A stretch of DNA of 61,854 nucleotides, counting the filler. It is 6 parts of 6 records of this genome, joined end to end, with 100 filler letters (N's around TTAATTAATTAA, not from the genome) between each part and the next. Parts side by side here need not be neighbours in the genome. Positions count along the whole stretch, not along the records: positions 27,936 to 49,123 come from SRR2962707_4774; positions 49,224 to 55,693 come from SRR2962707_4776; 4 more parts are not named here. The stretch is one strand, 5' to 3'. The notes under the pieces are model-generated. The model worked only from the letters and a program-made list of their open reading frames with translations. It searched no databases and was not told the DNA's origin. The position numbers and the translations under genes were made by a program. This document shows, one piece after another, positions 39,793 to 49,625 of this stretch (positions within the stretch are counted from its first letter, which is position 1; each line of letters begins with the position of its first letter).

Positions 39793-40461
39793 TTGTCCTA
39801 TAGCCTCGATTTCGGTTGGCTTTACGACGCGCTGGGGGCAATAGCCCGCGGCGCGTCGATGACGATTCTGTTGATTGCGATAACCACCGTTTTGGGCACG
39901 ATGCTCAGTGTCATTCTTGCTGCAGGGCGGCGCAGCGGCAACCGGCCGCTTCGGCAGGCAATCACCATCTATGTCGAAGTGATCCGCAACACACCGTTTC
40001 TGGTGCAGCTGTTCTTCATCTTTTTCGGATTGCCGAGCATCGGCATCAGACTCGACCCGATCTCAGCGGCGATTCTGGCGATGACGCTCAATATGGCAGC
40101 CTTTACCACCGAGATTGTCGGCGCCGGACTCGACGCTGTGCCCAAGGGTCAAAAGGAAGCCGCCCTCGCGCTGGGCTTGCGGCCAAGGCAAGTGTTCGTC
40201 AAGATCGTGCTGCCGCAGGCTTTGCAGATCATCTTTCCGGCGCTCACCAGCCAGATTGTCATCATGATGCTAGAATCCGCTGTCGTGTCACAGATTTCCG
40301 TCGCTGAGTTGACCTATCAGGGCGACACGCTGCAGGCGCGCACCTTCCGCGCTTTTGAGACCTATTTCATCATCACGCTGGTCTATCTTGGCCTGTCGAT
40401 TGCCTTGCGACGGCTGCTGGTCGGGGCTGGTCGCGCCACTTTACCGGCGGGCGTATCATGA
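39793..40461 (+). CDS. Polar amino-acid ABC transporter permease
   Basis: RNTPFLVQLF and PKGQKEAALALG motifs. Confidence 0.92.
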   Translation: MSYSLDFGWLYDALGAIARGASMTILLIAITTVLGTMLSVILAAGRRSGNRPLRQAITIYVEVIRNTPFLVQLFFIFFGLPSIGIRLDPISAAILAMTLNMAAFTTEIVGAGLDAVPKGQKEAALALGLRPRQVFVKIVLPQALQIIFPALTSQIVIMMLESAVVSQISVAELTYQGDTLQARTFRAFETYFIITLVYLGLSIALRRLLVGAGRATLPAGVS

Positions 40462-41105
40462 TTGAGTTCACCCTCTGGGACATCATCCGCAACCTGCTGT
40501 TTGCCACCCGCTGGACCGTGGCGCTGTCGCTGGCTGCCTTTGTTGGCGGCGCAAGCGTCGGGATCCTCATCCTGATCCTGAGGATTTCCAAGACCGGCTG
40601 GCTGCGGCGTTTCGGCAAGGGCTACATCGCGCTGTTTCAGGGGACGCCGCTGTTGATGCAGCTGTTCCTGATCTTCTTCGGCATGCCGATGCTCGGCTTC
40701 CGCATCGAGCCGTGGTCTGCAGCAGTGCTGTGCCTGACGTTTTATGCCAGCGCCTATCTGGCCGAGATCTGGCGCAGCGGCGTCGAAGCCTTGCCCACCG
40801 GCCAGTGGGACGCTGCCGCCAGCCTCGGCCTGCACCGGGTACAGGAGCTGCGACTGATCATCCTGCCACAGGCATTTTCGATCACCCGCGCCCCGATCGT
40901 CGGTTTTCTGGTGCAACTTATCAAGGCCACGGCGCTGACCTCGATCATCGGTTTTGACGAGCTGCTGCGCACATCCAATGCCATCAACAATGCCACCTTC
41001 GAGCCGTTCAAGGTTTACGGGCTGGTGGCATTGATCTTTTTCGCCCTCTGCTTTCCGCTGACCCAATATGCGCGGATGCTGGAGGCCAGACAAATCGCCC
41101 ATTGA
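40458..41105 (+). CDS. Polar amino-acid ABC transporter permease
   Basis: QGTPLLMQLF and PTGQWDAAASLG motifs. Confidence 0.92.
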   Translation: MIEFTLWDIIRNLLFATRWTVALSLAAFVGGASVGILILILRISKTGWLRRFGKGYIALFQGTPLLMQLFLIFFGMPMLGFRIEPWSAAVLCLTFYASAYLAEIWRSGVEALPTGQWDAAASLGLHRVQELRLIILPQAFSITRAPIVGFLVQLIKATALTSIIGFDELLRTSNAINNATFEPFKVYGLVALIFFALCFPLTQYARMLEARQIAH

Positions 41106-41171
41106 AGCACAGAACCTCAAGGGCAATGCACGGGAACCCCGGTCAGCGACCGGAAAACAAAGGAGAAGACC

Positions 41172-42260
41172 ATGCGAAAAATTCTCAACTCATCCATCAG
41201 CCGCCGGGCCGTCCTCGGCGGCACCGCGGCGGCCATCGGCGCGCTGTCGATGCCGTCGATCCTGCGCGCCCAGGACCGCTCACTCAAGGTCGGCGTCTAT
41301 GGCGGTTACTTCAAGGATTCGTTCGACAAGAACATCTTTCCCGACTTCACCGCCGCCAGCGGCATCAAGGTGGAATCGATTGCCGAACCCACCGGCGAAG
41401 CCTGGCTGGTGCAGCTTGAGCAGGCCGCCAAGGCCGGTGTTGCACCCGCCGATGTCTCGATGATGTCGCAGGTCGCGATGCTCAAGGGTCAGTCGACCGA
41501 TCTTTGGGCGCCGATCGACACCTCGAAGATCAAGAACTATGACGATCTGCTCGAGCGCTTCGTCAACAAATATCCCGATGGCCGAGTTGCCGGCATTGGT
41601 GCGGTTGCCTGGTACATTACGCTGGTGACCAACACCGATAGCTATCCCGAAGCGCCCGACAGCTGGGCCGCATTGTGGGATCCGGCCAATGCCGACAAGC
41701 TCGGCCTGCTGGCGCTGGTGTCGAACTCGTTCCTGCTGGAAGTCACCGCCAAGACTTATCTGGGCGGCACCAATGCGCTTGATACCGAAGAGGGCATCAA
41801 CAAGGCATTCGAGAAGCTGGCCGAGGTCAAGCCCAATGTCCGGCTCTGGTACCGCGACGAAGCCCAGTTCGAACAGGCGCTGAAATCCGGTGAAATCCCG
41901 ATGGGCCAGTATTACCACGACGTCACCGGCCTCGCAGCAGCCGATGGCCATCCGGTCCGCTCCACCTTCCCCAAGGAAGGCGGCATCCAGGATTCGGGTT
42001 GCTGGGCACTGTCGCGGGCTTCGGAGAAAGTCGAGGAAGCGCATGTGTTCATCGACTATATGAGCCAGCCGGAAATCCAGTCGACCCTGTCGCGCAAGGT
42101 CGGCACCGCGCCGACGCTGAAGCGCAATCTGCTCGACCTGACGGACGAAGAGTTCGCCAGCGTGTCGTCGGATATTGATCCGATCATCCCGCGCTACGAC
42201 CTCTATCAGTCCAAGTCGGATTGGTTGAACCAGAAGTGGACAGAGCTGATCGTTGGCTGA
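41172..42260 (+). CDS. PotD/PotF-like ABC substrate-binding protein with Tat signal
   Basis: SRRAVL Tat motif; PDSWAALWDP and FPKEG motifs. Confidence 0.9.
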   Translation: MRKILNSSISRRAVLGGTAAAIGALSMPSILRAQDRSLKVGVYGGYFKDSFDKNIFPDFTAASGIKVESIAEPTGEAWLVQLEQAAKAGVAPADVSMMSQVAMLKGQSTDLWAPIDTSKIKNYDDLLERFVNKYPDGRVAGIGAVAWYITLVTNTDSYPEAPDSWAALWDPANADKLGLLALVSNSFLLEVTAKTYLGGTNALDTEEGINKAFEKLAEVKPNVRLWYRDEAQFEQALKSGEIPMGQYYHDVTGLAAADGHPVRSTFPKEGGIQDSGCWALSRASEKVEEAHVFIDYMSQPEIQSTLSRKVGTAPTLKRNLLDLTDEEFASVSSDIDPIIPRYDLYQSKSDWLNQKWTELIVG

Positions 42261-42304
42261 GAGACAATCGTGTCGCTCGAAACGACGTGATTGCAATGAC
42301 AAGC

Positions 42305-42331
42305 GGGAGGGGCCGGTTCACCGCCCCTCCC
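42305..42331 (+). other. Intercistronic stem-loop after the binding-protein gene
   Basis: GGGAGGGG..CGGT-TC-ACCG-CCCCTCCC with no U-tract; probably an mRNA stabiliser. Confidence 0.5.
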
Positions 42332-42368
42332 CGATCCCCGACCGGGGCAGGAAGACAATGGGGACACA

Positions 42369-43406
42369 ATGTCTGGATTGACGCTCGATACCGTTCGCAA
42401 GGATTTCGGCAGCTTCACCGCGGTCAATGACGTGCAGCTCACCGTTCCGCACGGCACCTTTGTCTGTATGCTCGGACCTTCGGGCTGTGGCAAGACCACG
42501 CTGCTCAGGATGATTGCCGGGCTGGACCTGCCGAGCAGCGGTTCGATCCTGCTTGACGGCGAGGACATCACGCGGGTGCCGACGCACAAGCGCAATCTCG
42601 GCATGGTGTTCCAGTCGCTGGCGCTGTTTCCGCATCTTACCGTTGGCGAGAACATCGCCTACCCGCTTCGGATCCGCGGCGCACCGCGCGAGGAGCAGGC
42701 AAAGCGCGTCGATGAATTGCTGTCGATGATCCATCTCTCCGGCTATGCCGACCGCCCGGTGGCCAAGCTTTCCGGCGGCCAGCGGCAAAGGGTGGCGATT
42801 GCCCGTGCGCTGACCCGTTCGCCGAAACTGTTCCTGCTCGACGAACCGCTGTCGGCGCTCGACGCCAAATTGCGCGAGGCCATGCAGGTGGAGCTGCGGC
42901 AGTTGCAGCAGCAACTCGGCATCACCACCATCGTTGTCACCCACGACCAGCGCGAGGCCATGACCATGGCCGACACCGTGGTGGTGATGAACAAGGGCGA
43001 AATCCGCCAGGCGGCCAGCCCGATGGAGATCTACCGCGCGCCCGCAGACACTTTCGTGGCCGACTTTATCGGCTCGACCAATCTTATCGACATGGACACC
43101 GACAGCGCCGGCCGCGCCGTGGCGCTGGGCCAGGCGATTCCGGGGCTGACTGCGCCCGGCGGCGGCAAGGCGATCATCTCGATACGGCCCGAGGACGTGC
43201 ATCTGACGGCACCGGGCAGCAACGGCGCCATTACCGGCACCGTGACCTTCGTCCGCGATCTCGGCGGCACCATCGAGACCTTCATCGATTGCGGCGGCAA
43301 GCCGATCATCGCGGTGTCGACGCCACGCGCACGGCCCGAAGTCTCTGTCGGCCAGCCGGTCGGCGTGGTGCTCGAACCGGGTGTCTGCGTGGTGCTGGCG
43401 AAATGA
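42369..43406 (+). CDS. PotA-like ABC transporter ATP-binding protein
   Basis: GPSGCGKT, LSGGQRQR and LLDEPLSALD motifs, with a C-terminal TOBE-like region. Confidence 0.95.
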   Translation: MSGLTLDTVRKDFGSFTAVNDVQLTVPHGTFVCMLGPSGCGKTTLLRMIAGLDLPSSGSILLDGEDITRVPTHKRNLGMVFQSLALFPHLTVGENIAYPLRIRGAPREEQAKRVDELLSMIHLSGYADRPVAKLSGGQRQRVAIARALTRSPKLFLLDEPLSALDAKLREAMQVELRQLQQQLGITTIVVTHDQREAMTMADTVVVMNKGEIRQAASPMEIYRAPADTFVADFIGSTNLIDMDTDSAGRAVALGQAIPGLTAPGGGKAIISIRPEDVHLTAPGSNGAITGTVTFVRDLGGTIETFIDCGGKPIIAVSTPRARPEVSVGQPVGVVLEPGVCVVLAK

Positions 43407-44260
43407 GACGCGAGGCGCCGCAAAAGCTCACCGATTACGCACCAATCGCGTTTCCGGCGATCATGCTGATCGTGTTTTTCGTGATTCCGTTCGGAACCAT
43501 GATCGCGGTCAGTTTCTTCCAGCGGCTTCAGGGCGGCTTTTACACACCGGCCTTCGTGTTTTCCAATTATGAGCGGTTTTTGAGCCTGTTCTTTGCCAAT
43601 GTGCTCGGCTTCTCGCTGATGCTGGCGGTTCTGGTCGCCATCTGTTGCGTCGCCATCGGGGTGCCGTTCACCTATCTCCTGACCAAATTGACCCGGCGAT
43701 CGCAGATCATCTGGATGGTGGCGCTGCTCTCGGTGCTGTCACTGTCGGAAGTGATCATCGGCTTTGCCTGGTCGACACTGTTTTCCCGCACCGCCGGCAT
43801 TACCAATCTGCTGGTCGCGCTGGGACTGATGGACAAGGCGGTGGCGCTTGCGCCGGGTTTCCCGGCAGTGCTCACGGCCATGGTCTACCAGGCGCTGCCC
43901 TACACAATTCTGGTGCTTTATCCGGCGCTGGTGCGGCTCGATCCGACGCTGACCGAAGCCGCGCGGACGCTGGGCGCTTCGCCACTGCGGGCCTTTTTCA
44001 CCGTCGTGGTGCCGGCGCTCCGGACCACCATTCTGGCGACGCTGATCATGGTGTTCATCTTCGCGCTCGGCTCCTATTTGCTGCCGCAGATCCTCGGCCG
44101 GCCGCAACACTGGACGCTGTCGGTGCTGATTACAGACCAGGCGATCTACCAGTCCAACATGCCCTTTGCCGCAGCCATGGCCGTGTTCCTTGTGCTGGTC
44201 ACACTGGGGCTGGTGGCGCTGACGCTGTTTGCCGGACGCAAGCGGGAGGCTGCGACATGA
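43403..44260 (+). CDS. PotB-like ABC permease
   Basis: ATG at 43403 overlaps the previous stop; EAARTLGAS motif. Confidence 0.92.
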   Translation: MRREAPQKLTDYAPIAFPAIMLIVFFVIPFGTMIAVSFFQRLQGGFYTPAFVFSNYERFLSLFFANVLGFSLMLAVLVAICCVAIGVPFTYLLTKLTRRSQIIWMVALLSVLSLSEVIIGFAWSTLFSRTAGITNLLVALGLMDKAVALAPGFPAVLTAMVYQALPYTILVLYPALVRLDPTLTEAARTLGASPLRAFFTVVVPALRTTILATLIMVFIFALGSYLLPQILGRPQHWTLSVLITDQAIYQSNMPFAAAMAVFLVLVTLGLVALTLFAGRKREAAT

Positions 44261-45057
44261 GTGTTTATCTGCGCCGGCTTTATTTCACCCTCGTCGGCCT
44301 GTTTCTGTCCGCACCGCTGATTGTCGTCGCCGGTGTGTCGGTCAATGCCAAGCAGGCGCTGGCCTTCCCGCCCCAGGGGTTCTCGCTCTCCTGGTATGTC
44401 GATATCTTCACCGACACCGGCTGGCGCAATGCGCTGTTTGCCTCGCTGACATTGGCAATCCTGTCGGCAGCACTTGCTGTGGCCATCGCGCTGCCGCTGA
44501 GCTGGTTCTTGTGGCGGCGGATTGCGCCCTGGGCCAATGTCTTCCAGTTGCTCGGCATCGCGCCCTTCACGTTGCCGCCCGTAATCACCGCACTGGGACT
44601 GCTCACCTTCTGGGCCACCACCGGGTTTTACGGCCAGCCCTGGACAGCGGTGATCAGCCACGCGATCTTCTTTGTCACGCTGCCGCTGGTCACCCTGTCG
44701 CTGGGCTTTACCGCCATCGACCGCTCGCTGGTCGAAGCGGCAGCCACCATGGGGGCGGATGACCGCACCATCTTCCGCACCGTGGTGCTGCCGCTGATCA
44801 CGCCCTATCTGGTCTCGGGCTATGCCTTTGCCTTCGTGCTGTCGCTGAATGAATACATCGTCGCCTATATGACGGTCGGCTTCACCATGGAAACGCTGCC
44901 GATCAAGATTTTCAATGCGCTGAGATATGGCTACACGCCGACCATGGCTTCCGTCACGGTGCTGTTTGTGGTGCTCGCGGCGGTGATCTATTCGCTGATC
45001 GCGCGATATGGCGATCTACTGAAGCTGCTTGGCGCCAATTCCGAGGAACAGACATGA
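44257..45057 (+). CDS. PotC-like ABC permease
   Basis: ATG at 44257; FPPQGFSLSWY and EAAATMGA motifs. Confidence 0.92.
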   Translation: MSVYLRRLYFTLVGLFLSAPLIVVAGVSVNAKQALAFPPQGFSLSWYVDIFTDTGWRNALFASLTLAILSAALAVAIALPLSWFLWRRIAPWANVFQLLGIAPFTLPPVITALGLLTFWATTGFYGQPWTAVISHAIFFVTLPLVTLSLGFTAIDRSLVEAAATMGADDRTIFRTVVLPLITPYLVSGYAFAFVLSLNEYIVAYMTVGFTMETLPIKIFNALRYGYTPTMASVTVLFVVLAAVIYSLIARYGDLLKLLGANSEEQT

Positions 45058-45821
45058 TCCGGATTGCCGCGTTGCAGATGCAGACGGCGGGCACCGATGT
45101 TGCGGCCAATCTGGCGCGCATCGAAACGGCTGCGCACGCGGCCGCGCAAGCCGGCGCCAGTTTGCTCATCACTCCGGAACTGGGCGTAACCAGCTATGGC
45201 GGAGGCAGGGCGGTTCTGGGTCTGGCGGAACCCGCTGACGGGCCGATTGTGTTGCGCCTGAGCGAAATCGCACGCCAGACCGGCGTTGCCATCGTCGCCG
45301 GTTTTGCCGAAATGGCAGGCGATGCCGTCTACAATTCCGCCGTCTATACCGATGGCGCCGGCACACCGTCGGTCTATCGCAAGTCACATCTTTATGGTGA
45401 CTATGAGCGCGACCTGTTCAAACCGGAAAAACCCTCGACCTGCCTGTTCACCCATCATGGCATGAAACTCGGCATGCTGATTTGTTACGACGTTGAATTT
45501 CCCGAAAACGTCCGCCGTCTGGCTCAGGCCGGCGCCGAGATGATCCTGGTGCCGACGGCGACCCCGATGGGCACATCGGGGTCGTTCATTGCTGAAAAGA
45601 TGATCCCGGTGCGCGCCTTCGAGAATCAGATTTTCATCACCTATGTCAACAATATCGGCCGTGATGGCGAATTCGACTATGCCGGACAATCGGCAATCGC
45701 AGCTCCCGATGGCGCGCTACTGGCATCGGCGGGAGTGGCGGAGGAACTGCTGACAGCGGACATCGACCCTGTGCTCTACACCCGTTCCCGGAGCGAGAAC
45801 TCCTACCTGACCGATCTCTAG
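45054..45821 (+). CDS. Carbon-nitrogen hydrolase (nitrilase/amidase family)
   Basis: Glu-Lys-Cys triad in PELG, YRKSHL and ICYDVEFPE; RAFENQ. Confidence 0.93.
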   Translation: MIRIAALQMQTAGTDVAANLARIETAAHAAAQAGASLLITPELGVTSYGGGRAVLGLAEPADGPIVLRLSEIARQTGVAIVAGFAEMAGDAVYNSAVYTDGAGTPSVYRKSHLYGDYERDLFKPEKPSTCLFTHHGMKLGMLICYDVEFPENVRRLAQAGAEMILVPTATPMGTSGSFIAEKMIPVRAFENQIFITYVNNIGRDGEFDYAGQSAIAAPDGALLASAGVAEELLTADIDPVLYTRSRSENSYLTDL

Positions 45822-45935
45822 CTACGGATCGCTCAAACTCCGGTCGGATCGTGGCAAATCGCGGATCCGAAAACAGGCTGCGATCTCTCGCAATCCGCGT
45901 GGCGATGGCGCAGAGCAGATCGAGCGACGGAGTAT

Positions 45936-46150
45936 CAACGCGGCTATTGCATCAGCCACGGTGAAGTGAGCGAGCAACTTGTGTCGGTGGCCGCGCCCAT
46001 CCTGGCCTTTGGCGGATCGGTGATCGGCGGCATCAACATCGCCGCACCCGCATTCCGCACCCAGCAGGCCGATCTCGACCGCTATGTTGCGCTGGTGACC
46101 GAGGCAGCCCGCGAAATTTCAGAAGGCCTGTCCGGCAAGTCCTTCAGCTT
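45936..46150 (+). pseudogene. IclR-family regulator, C-terminal fragment
   Basis: QRGYCISHGEVSEQLVSVAAPI..GSVIGGINIAAP..LVTEAAREIS matches the IclR effector-domain end; no HTH half, start or RBS upstream. Confidence 0.75.
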
Positions 46151-46158
46151 TGCTTCGA

Positions 46159-47229
46159 TCAGGATACGGTTCCGCGCGCATCCACTGCGACCCGGACCAG
46201 CTCACCATTGCCCTTCAACAGCCAGGCCTCGTCAAACAGGTTGGAGACGACGCAGACATGATTTGGGATCACCAGGATGCGCTGGCCGATCTGGTAGGTG
46301 TCGCCGGGCCCGTAGTGCAACACGCCATGCTCTTCGCTGAGCGAGACGATCGCAGTGTCGGTGGAGCCCGCGACATGGCCAAACCCCTCAAGACCAAGCA
46401 GATCAGAGGTCAGGCTCTTCGAGCCCGCGTCGATCACCGCCCGGCCCGCCGCAGGTAGGCTGACGACTGTGGCGAGCACGCCGAGGGCGCAATCCTGCCA
46501 GCCGCAGGCACCGCGCTCGACCAGCGAGCGGTCATTGTAGACATAGGTGCCGGCGCGGTATTCGGTGAAGATTCCCAGACGCGCTGAACTGGCCATATCA
46601 GGCGAGCCGCCGGTGGAGACGACGGGGCAGTCGATCCCTGCGGCGGCGAGCAGGTCCACGGCTTGGCGCATGAACCGCGCCGCATCCCCGGCCCCGCCGA
46701 CGGCGGGATAGGTCATCAATCCGCCAAAGCGCAGTCCCGCACTTGCAGCGGTGACCTTAGCCAGTTCAAAGGCCGCTTGTGGCGTCTGCACACCGCAACG
46801 GCTAGCCCCGGTGTCGCATTCGACCAGAACGTCGAGCGGCCGCTCGGCATTGGCAAAAGCGGCGCTCAGGCCGGCGACCGTCACTGTGCTGTCTGCGGTC
46901 ACGGACAGCCGCCCTGCCCTCTGCGCCAGCTTGCGCAGCCGTTCGAGCTTTTCGGTGCCGAGAATGTTGAAGGTGATGAGGATGTCGTCGAGGCCGCCAT
47001 CGGCCATGACTTCCGCCTCGCCGATCTTCTGACAATTGATGCCGACAGCGCCGGCATCCATCTGGGCACGGGCGAAGGCCACCATCTTGTGGGTCTTGAT
47101 GTGGGGCCTTAATGCCAGGCCGGCCTCGCTGCAATGAGCTTGAAGCGCGCGGATATTGGAAAGCGCGATGGCCTCGTCGATGACGATGCAGGGTGTGTCA
47201 AGATCGCCGAATTTGTCAGCCGAGAGCAT
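46159..47229 (-). CDS. D-threonine aldolase / D-serine dehydratase (DSD1) family PLP enzyme
   Basis: LRPHIKTHK, RAGTYVYND, SEEHG and PNHVC motifs. Confidence 0.92.
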   Translation of the reverse strand: MLSADKFGDLDTPCIVIDEAIALSNIRALQAHCSEAGLALRPHIKTHKMVAFARAQMDAGAVGINCQKIGEAEVMADGGLDDILITFNILGTEKLERLRKLAQRAGRLSVTADSTVTVAGLSAAFANAERPLDVLVECDTGASRCGVQTPQAAFELAKVTAASAGLRFGGLMTYPAVGGAGDAARFMRQAVDLLAAAGIDCPVVSTGGSPDMASSARLGIFTEYRAGTYVYNDRSLVERGACGWQDCALGVLATVVSLPAAGRAVIDAGSKSLTSDLLGLEGFGHVAGSTDTAIVSLSEEHGVLHYGPGDTYQIGQRILVIPNHVCVVSNLFDEAWLLKGNGELVRVAVDARGTVS

Positions 47230-48694
47230 TGTGCGGATCCTCCACTCGCGGCCAGATGGCGCGCGTCAGATGCTTGTAATCGTTGGTGACAGGATTGTTC
47301 GGATAAGGCCCGTCGATGGCAACATAGAGGATTTCGCTGGCGATATGGGAGAACGCCTCCTGAAAATGGTTGGTCGACTTGACCGCCAGGACCGACTTGG
47401 CACGTGGATCGATACCGAAATTGGAAAAGATGTCCGGATTGAAGACCTGCGAGCGGACGGTGTTGAGAATGACATCAATACCGCCAACCTCGATCCACAC
47501 CGACGCGCCGAGCGGCACGACACTGTCGCCAAAGCTCTGCACGGCGGCAGTGCGGGTCTTGCGCACGATCACCTCGGCATCGAGCGGATCGCCGCTGCCC
47601 GCCGACATCTTGCCGCCAAAGCGGAGCTGCAGACGGGCGCCCTCGCCGGCCGAAACGCAGGTACGCACCGCAATCGGATCCCATATCGAGGCCAGAGCTG
47701 CGTTCCTGACGCCGCGCTTGAGCATCGCGCGCAGCAGAACTGTGGAATCTCCGGGGACGCCGCCGCCGGGATTGTCCCAGACATCGGCGATCACCACGGG
47801 CCCATCAGCGATGGCCGCAGCCCGGTCGAGCGCCTGCTCGGGGCTGAGGAATTCGGGCCGGGTGCTGCCGCGAAACCCGAACAGCTCTTCACCGAGCTCG
47901 CGCGCCAGACGTCTTCCCAGGTCGGGATTATTGTCGGTGACCACAATCACCTTGGTACCCAGATCGGGCACATCGCCGGCCATGAAACCATGGATCACCG
48001 AAATCGACAGGATGCCCGGCTCCTGCTCAAGAAGCTTGATGCGATCAACGAAACTGCGCATCGGCTCCCGCGAGGTCGGCAACAACTCGATCATGCGGCA
48101 ATCATGGACGGCAATTTCCGGACTGACCTCGCCCTTGAGGGTACGGTCAGCAAGCGCGACCAGTCGCTCGGCGGTTCCGACAAAATCGATGTGCGGAAAT
48201 TCCTTGAACACCGTGACGATATCGAGATTGTCGATGCGGCGTTGACTGAGATGGCTGTGCGGATCGAAGGTCGCGCCAATCAATGTGTCGGCGCCGACAA
48301 TCCCGCGCACCGCCTCGAGCAGCTCGCCTTCGCAATCAAGGCAATCCTGCGCCACCATGGCGCCGTGCAGCCCCAAAAGCACGGCATCCAGCGGCAGCGC
48401 GGCCGCAATTTCGGCGAGCAACTGGTCACGCAGCAGATGCCAGGTGCGGCTGTTGACGATGCCACCAGGCTCGGCCCAGGTGGCTGTTCCCTCGATCACC
48501 TGCCAGCCATAGCTGTCGGCGCGGGCCCGGGCTGCGGGAAAGACAGCACTGCACAGCGTCGGCGTGACCGGATGCTCGCCCGGCGGCGCGTAGAAGCTGT
48601 CCTTGAAATCCTGCAGGTCCGTCCTGAGCGGAGAGAAGGTGTTGGTCTCAGTGGCAAGCGAGCCGACAAACACCCGTTTGGCGTTGGTTTTCAT
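47216..48694 (-). CDS. M81-family metallopeptidase (MlrC-like)
   Basis: [23 protein letters not shown] and DNPGGG motifs; start at ATG 48694. Confidence 0.9.
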   Translation of the reverse strand: MKTNAKRVFVGSLATETNTFSPLRTDLQDFKDSFYAPPGEHPVTPTLCSAVFPAARARADSYGWQVIEGTATWAEPGGIVNSRTWHLLRDQLLAEIAAALPLDAVLLGLHGAMVAQDCLDCEGELLEAVRGIVGADTLIGATFDPHSHLSQRRIDNLDIVTVFKEFPHIDFVGTAERLVALADRTLKGEVSPEIAVHDCRMIELLPTSREPMRSFVDRIKLLEQEPGILSISVIHGFMAGDVPDLGTKVIVVTDNNPDLGRRLARELGEELFGFRGSTRPEFLSPEQALDRAAAIADGPVVIADVWDNPGGGVPGDSTVLLRAMLKRGVRNAALASIWDPIAVRTCVSAGEGARLQLRFGGKMSAGSGDPLDAEVIVRKTRTAAVQSFGDSVVPLGASVWIEVGGIDVILNTVRSQVFNPDIFSNFGIDPRAKSVLAVKSTNHFQEAFSHIASEILYVAIDGPYPNNPVTNDYKHLTRAIWPRVEDPHNALG

Positions 48695-49123
48695 GCAAGG
48701 TCTTTCTGTAGTTCCGCGATATGATGGCACGCGCTGAAATGGTCAGCGCCGAGCTCCTGTGCCGACGGCTGGGCAGATCGGCAAATGTCGGTGGCAAACT
48801 TGCAGCGCGGATGAAAGGCGCAGCCCGATGGCGGCGAGGCCGCATTGGCCGGCTCGCCCAGATCCTCCACCCGCTTGCGGCCAGGAACGATGCGCGGGAT
48901 CGAGGACAGCAGCAGACGCGTATAGGGATGCGACGGCCGCTCGAAGATGTCGGCGCGCGGCCCGATCTCGACGATCCGCCCCAGATACATAACCGCGACC
49001 CGGTCGCTGATATGACGAACGACGCCGAGATCATGGCTGATGAACAGCATGGAGACACCGCTGTCACGCTGCAGATCCTTGATCAGGTTGAGAACCTGCG
49101 CCTGGATCGAGACGTCCAGCGCC
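48691..49123 (-). CDS. Oligopeptide/dipeptide ABC ATP-binding protein (5' truncated)
   Basis: [25 protein letters not shown] and GCAFHPRC motifs. Confidence 0.93.
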
Positions 49124-49223
49124 NNNNNNNNNNNNNNNNNNNNNNNNNNNNNNNNNNNNNNNNNNNNTTAATTAATTAANNNNNNNNNNNNNNNNNNNNN
49201 NNNNNNNNNNNNNNNNNNNNNNN
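49124..49223. other. Artificial contig spacer
   Basis: N44-TTAATTAATTAA-N44. Confidence 0.99.
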
Positions 49224-49309
49224 TGCTGTTGCTGTTGCTGTTGATGTTGTTGTCGCGCGTGCTGACGCTTTGCCGCTCGTGTTTCATTTTCGTCCCCTGC
49301 TCGTCACAG

Positions 49310-49407
49310 CCCGGTTCTCCCCTGACGACCAGTTCTCGCGGCACCGCATCACCTTGAAGAAACGTTTCGGGCTTTTGCTCACGTCTCAACCACGGACGCC
49401 GTTGTAA
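49310..49407 (+). CDS. NOP10: Last exon of eukaryotic H/ACA RNP subunit 3 (Nop10)
   Basis: After branch point CTGAC and acceptor CAG (49307-49309) it reads (A)[31 protein letters not shown], the conserved Nop10 C-terminus; AATAAA at 49554. Confidence 0.9.
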
Positions 49408-49625
49408 AGACGGAGGCGTTCATGTCGTGTGTGTTCTTGTCTTGTGCAGCATTGCCCAATCCCAATCATCCCTGCGCGCTGTCCACTGTCATGTGGAACG
49501 TTCAGGCTGTGTTGGGACAGGCTCGGCTGCATCTTGTTCGTTATTAATAACAAAATAAATTTATCCAATCCATGCAACGCACTGCTCTGCCCACCAGTTT
49601 GCACGTAAATGTCGGGGAGCTCCTG

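Noticed and set aside
45819-46340. Read-through fusion of the amidase with the IclR fragment, which share a frame across TAG
   Set aside because: The amidase ends at a family-typical length and the intervening codons do not look like protein; a shared frame has a 1-in-3 chance.
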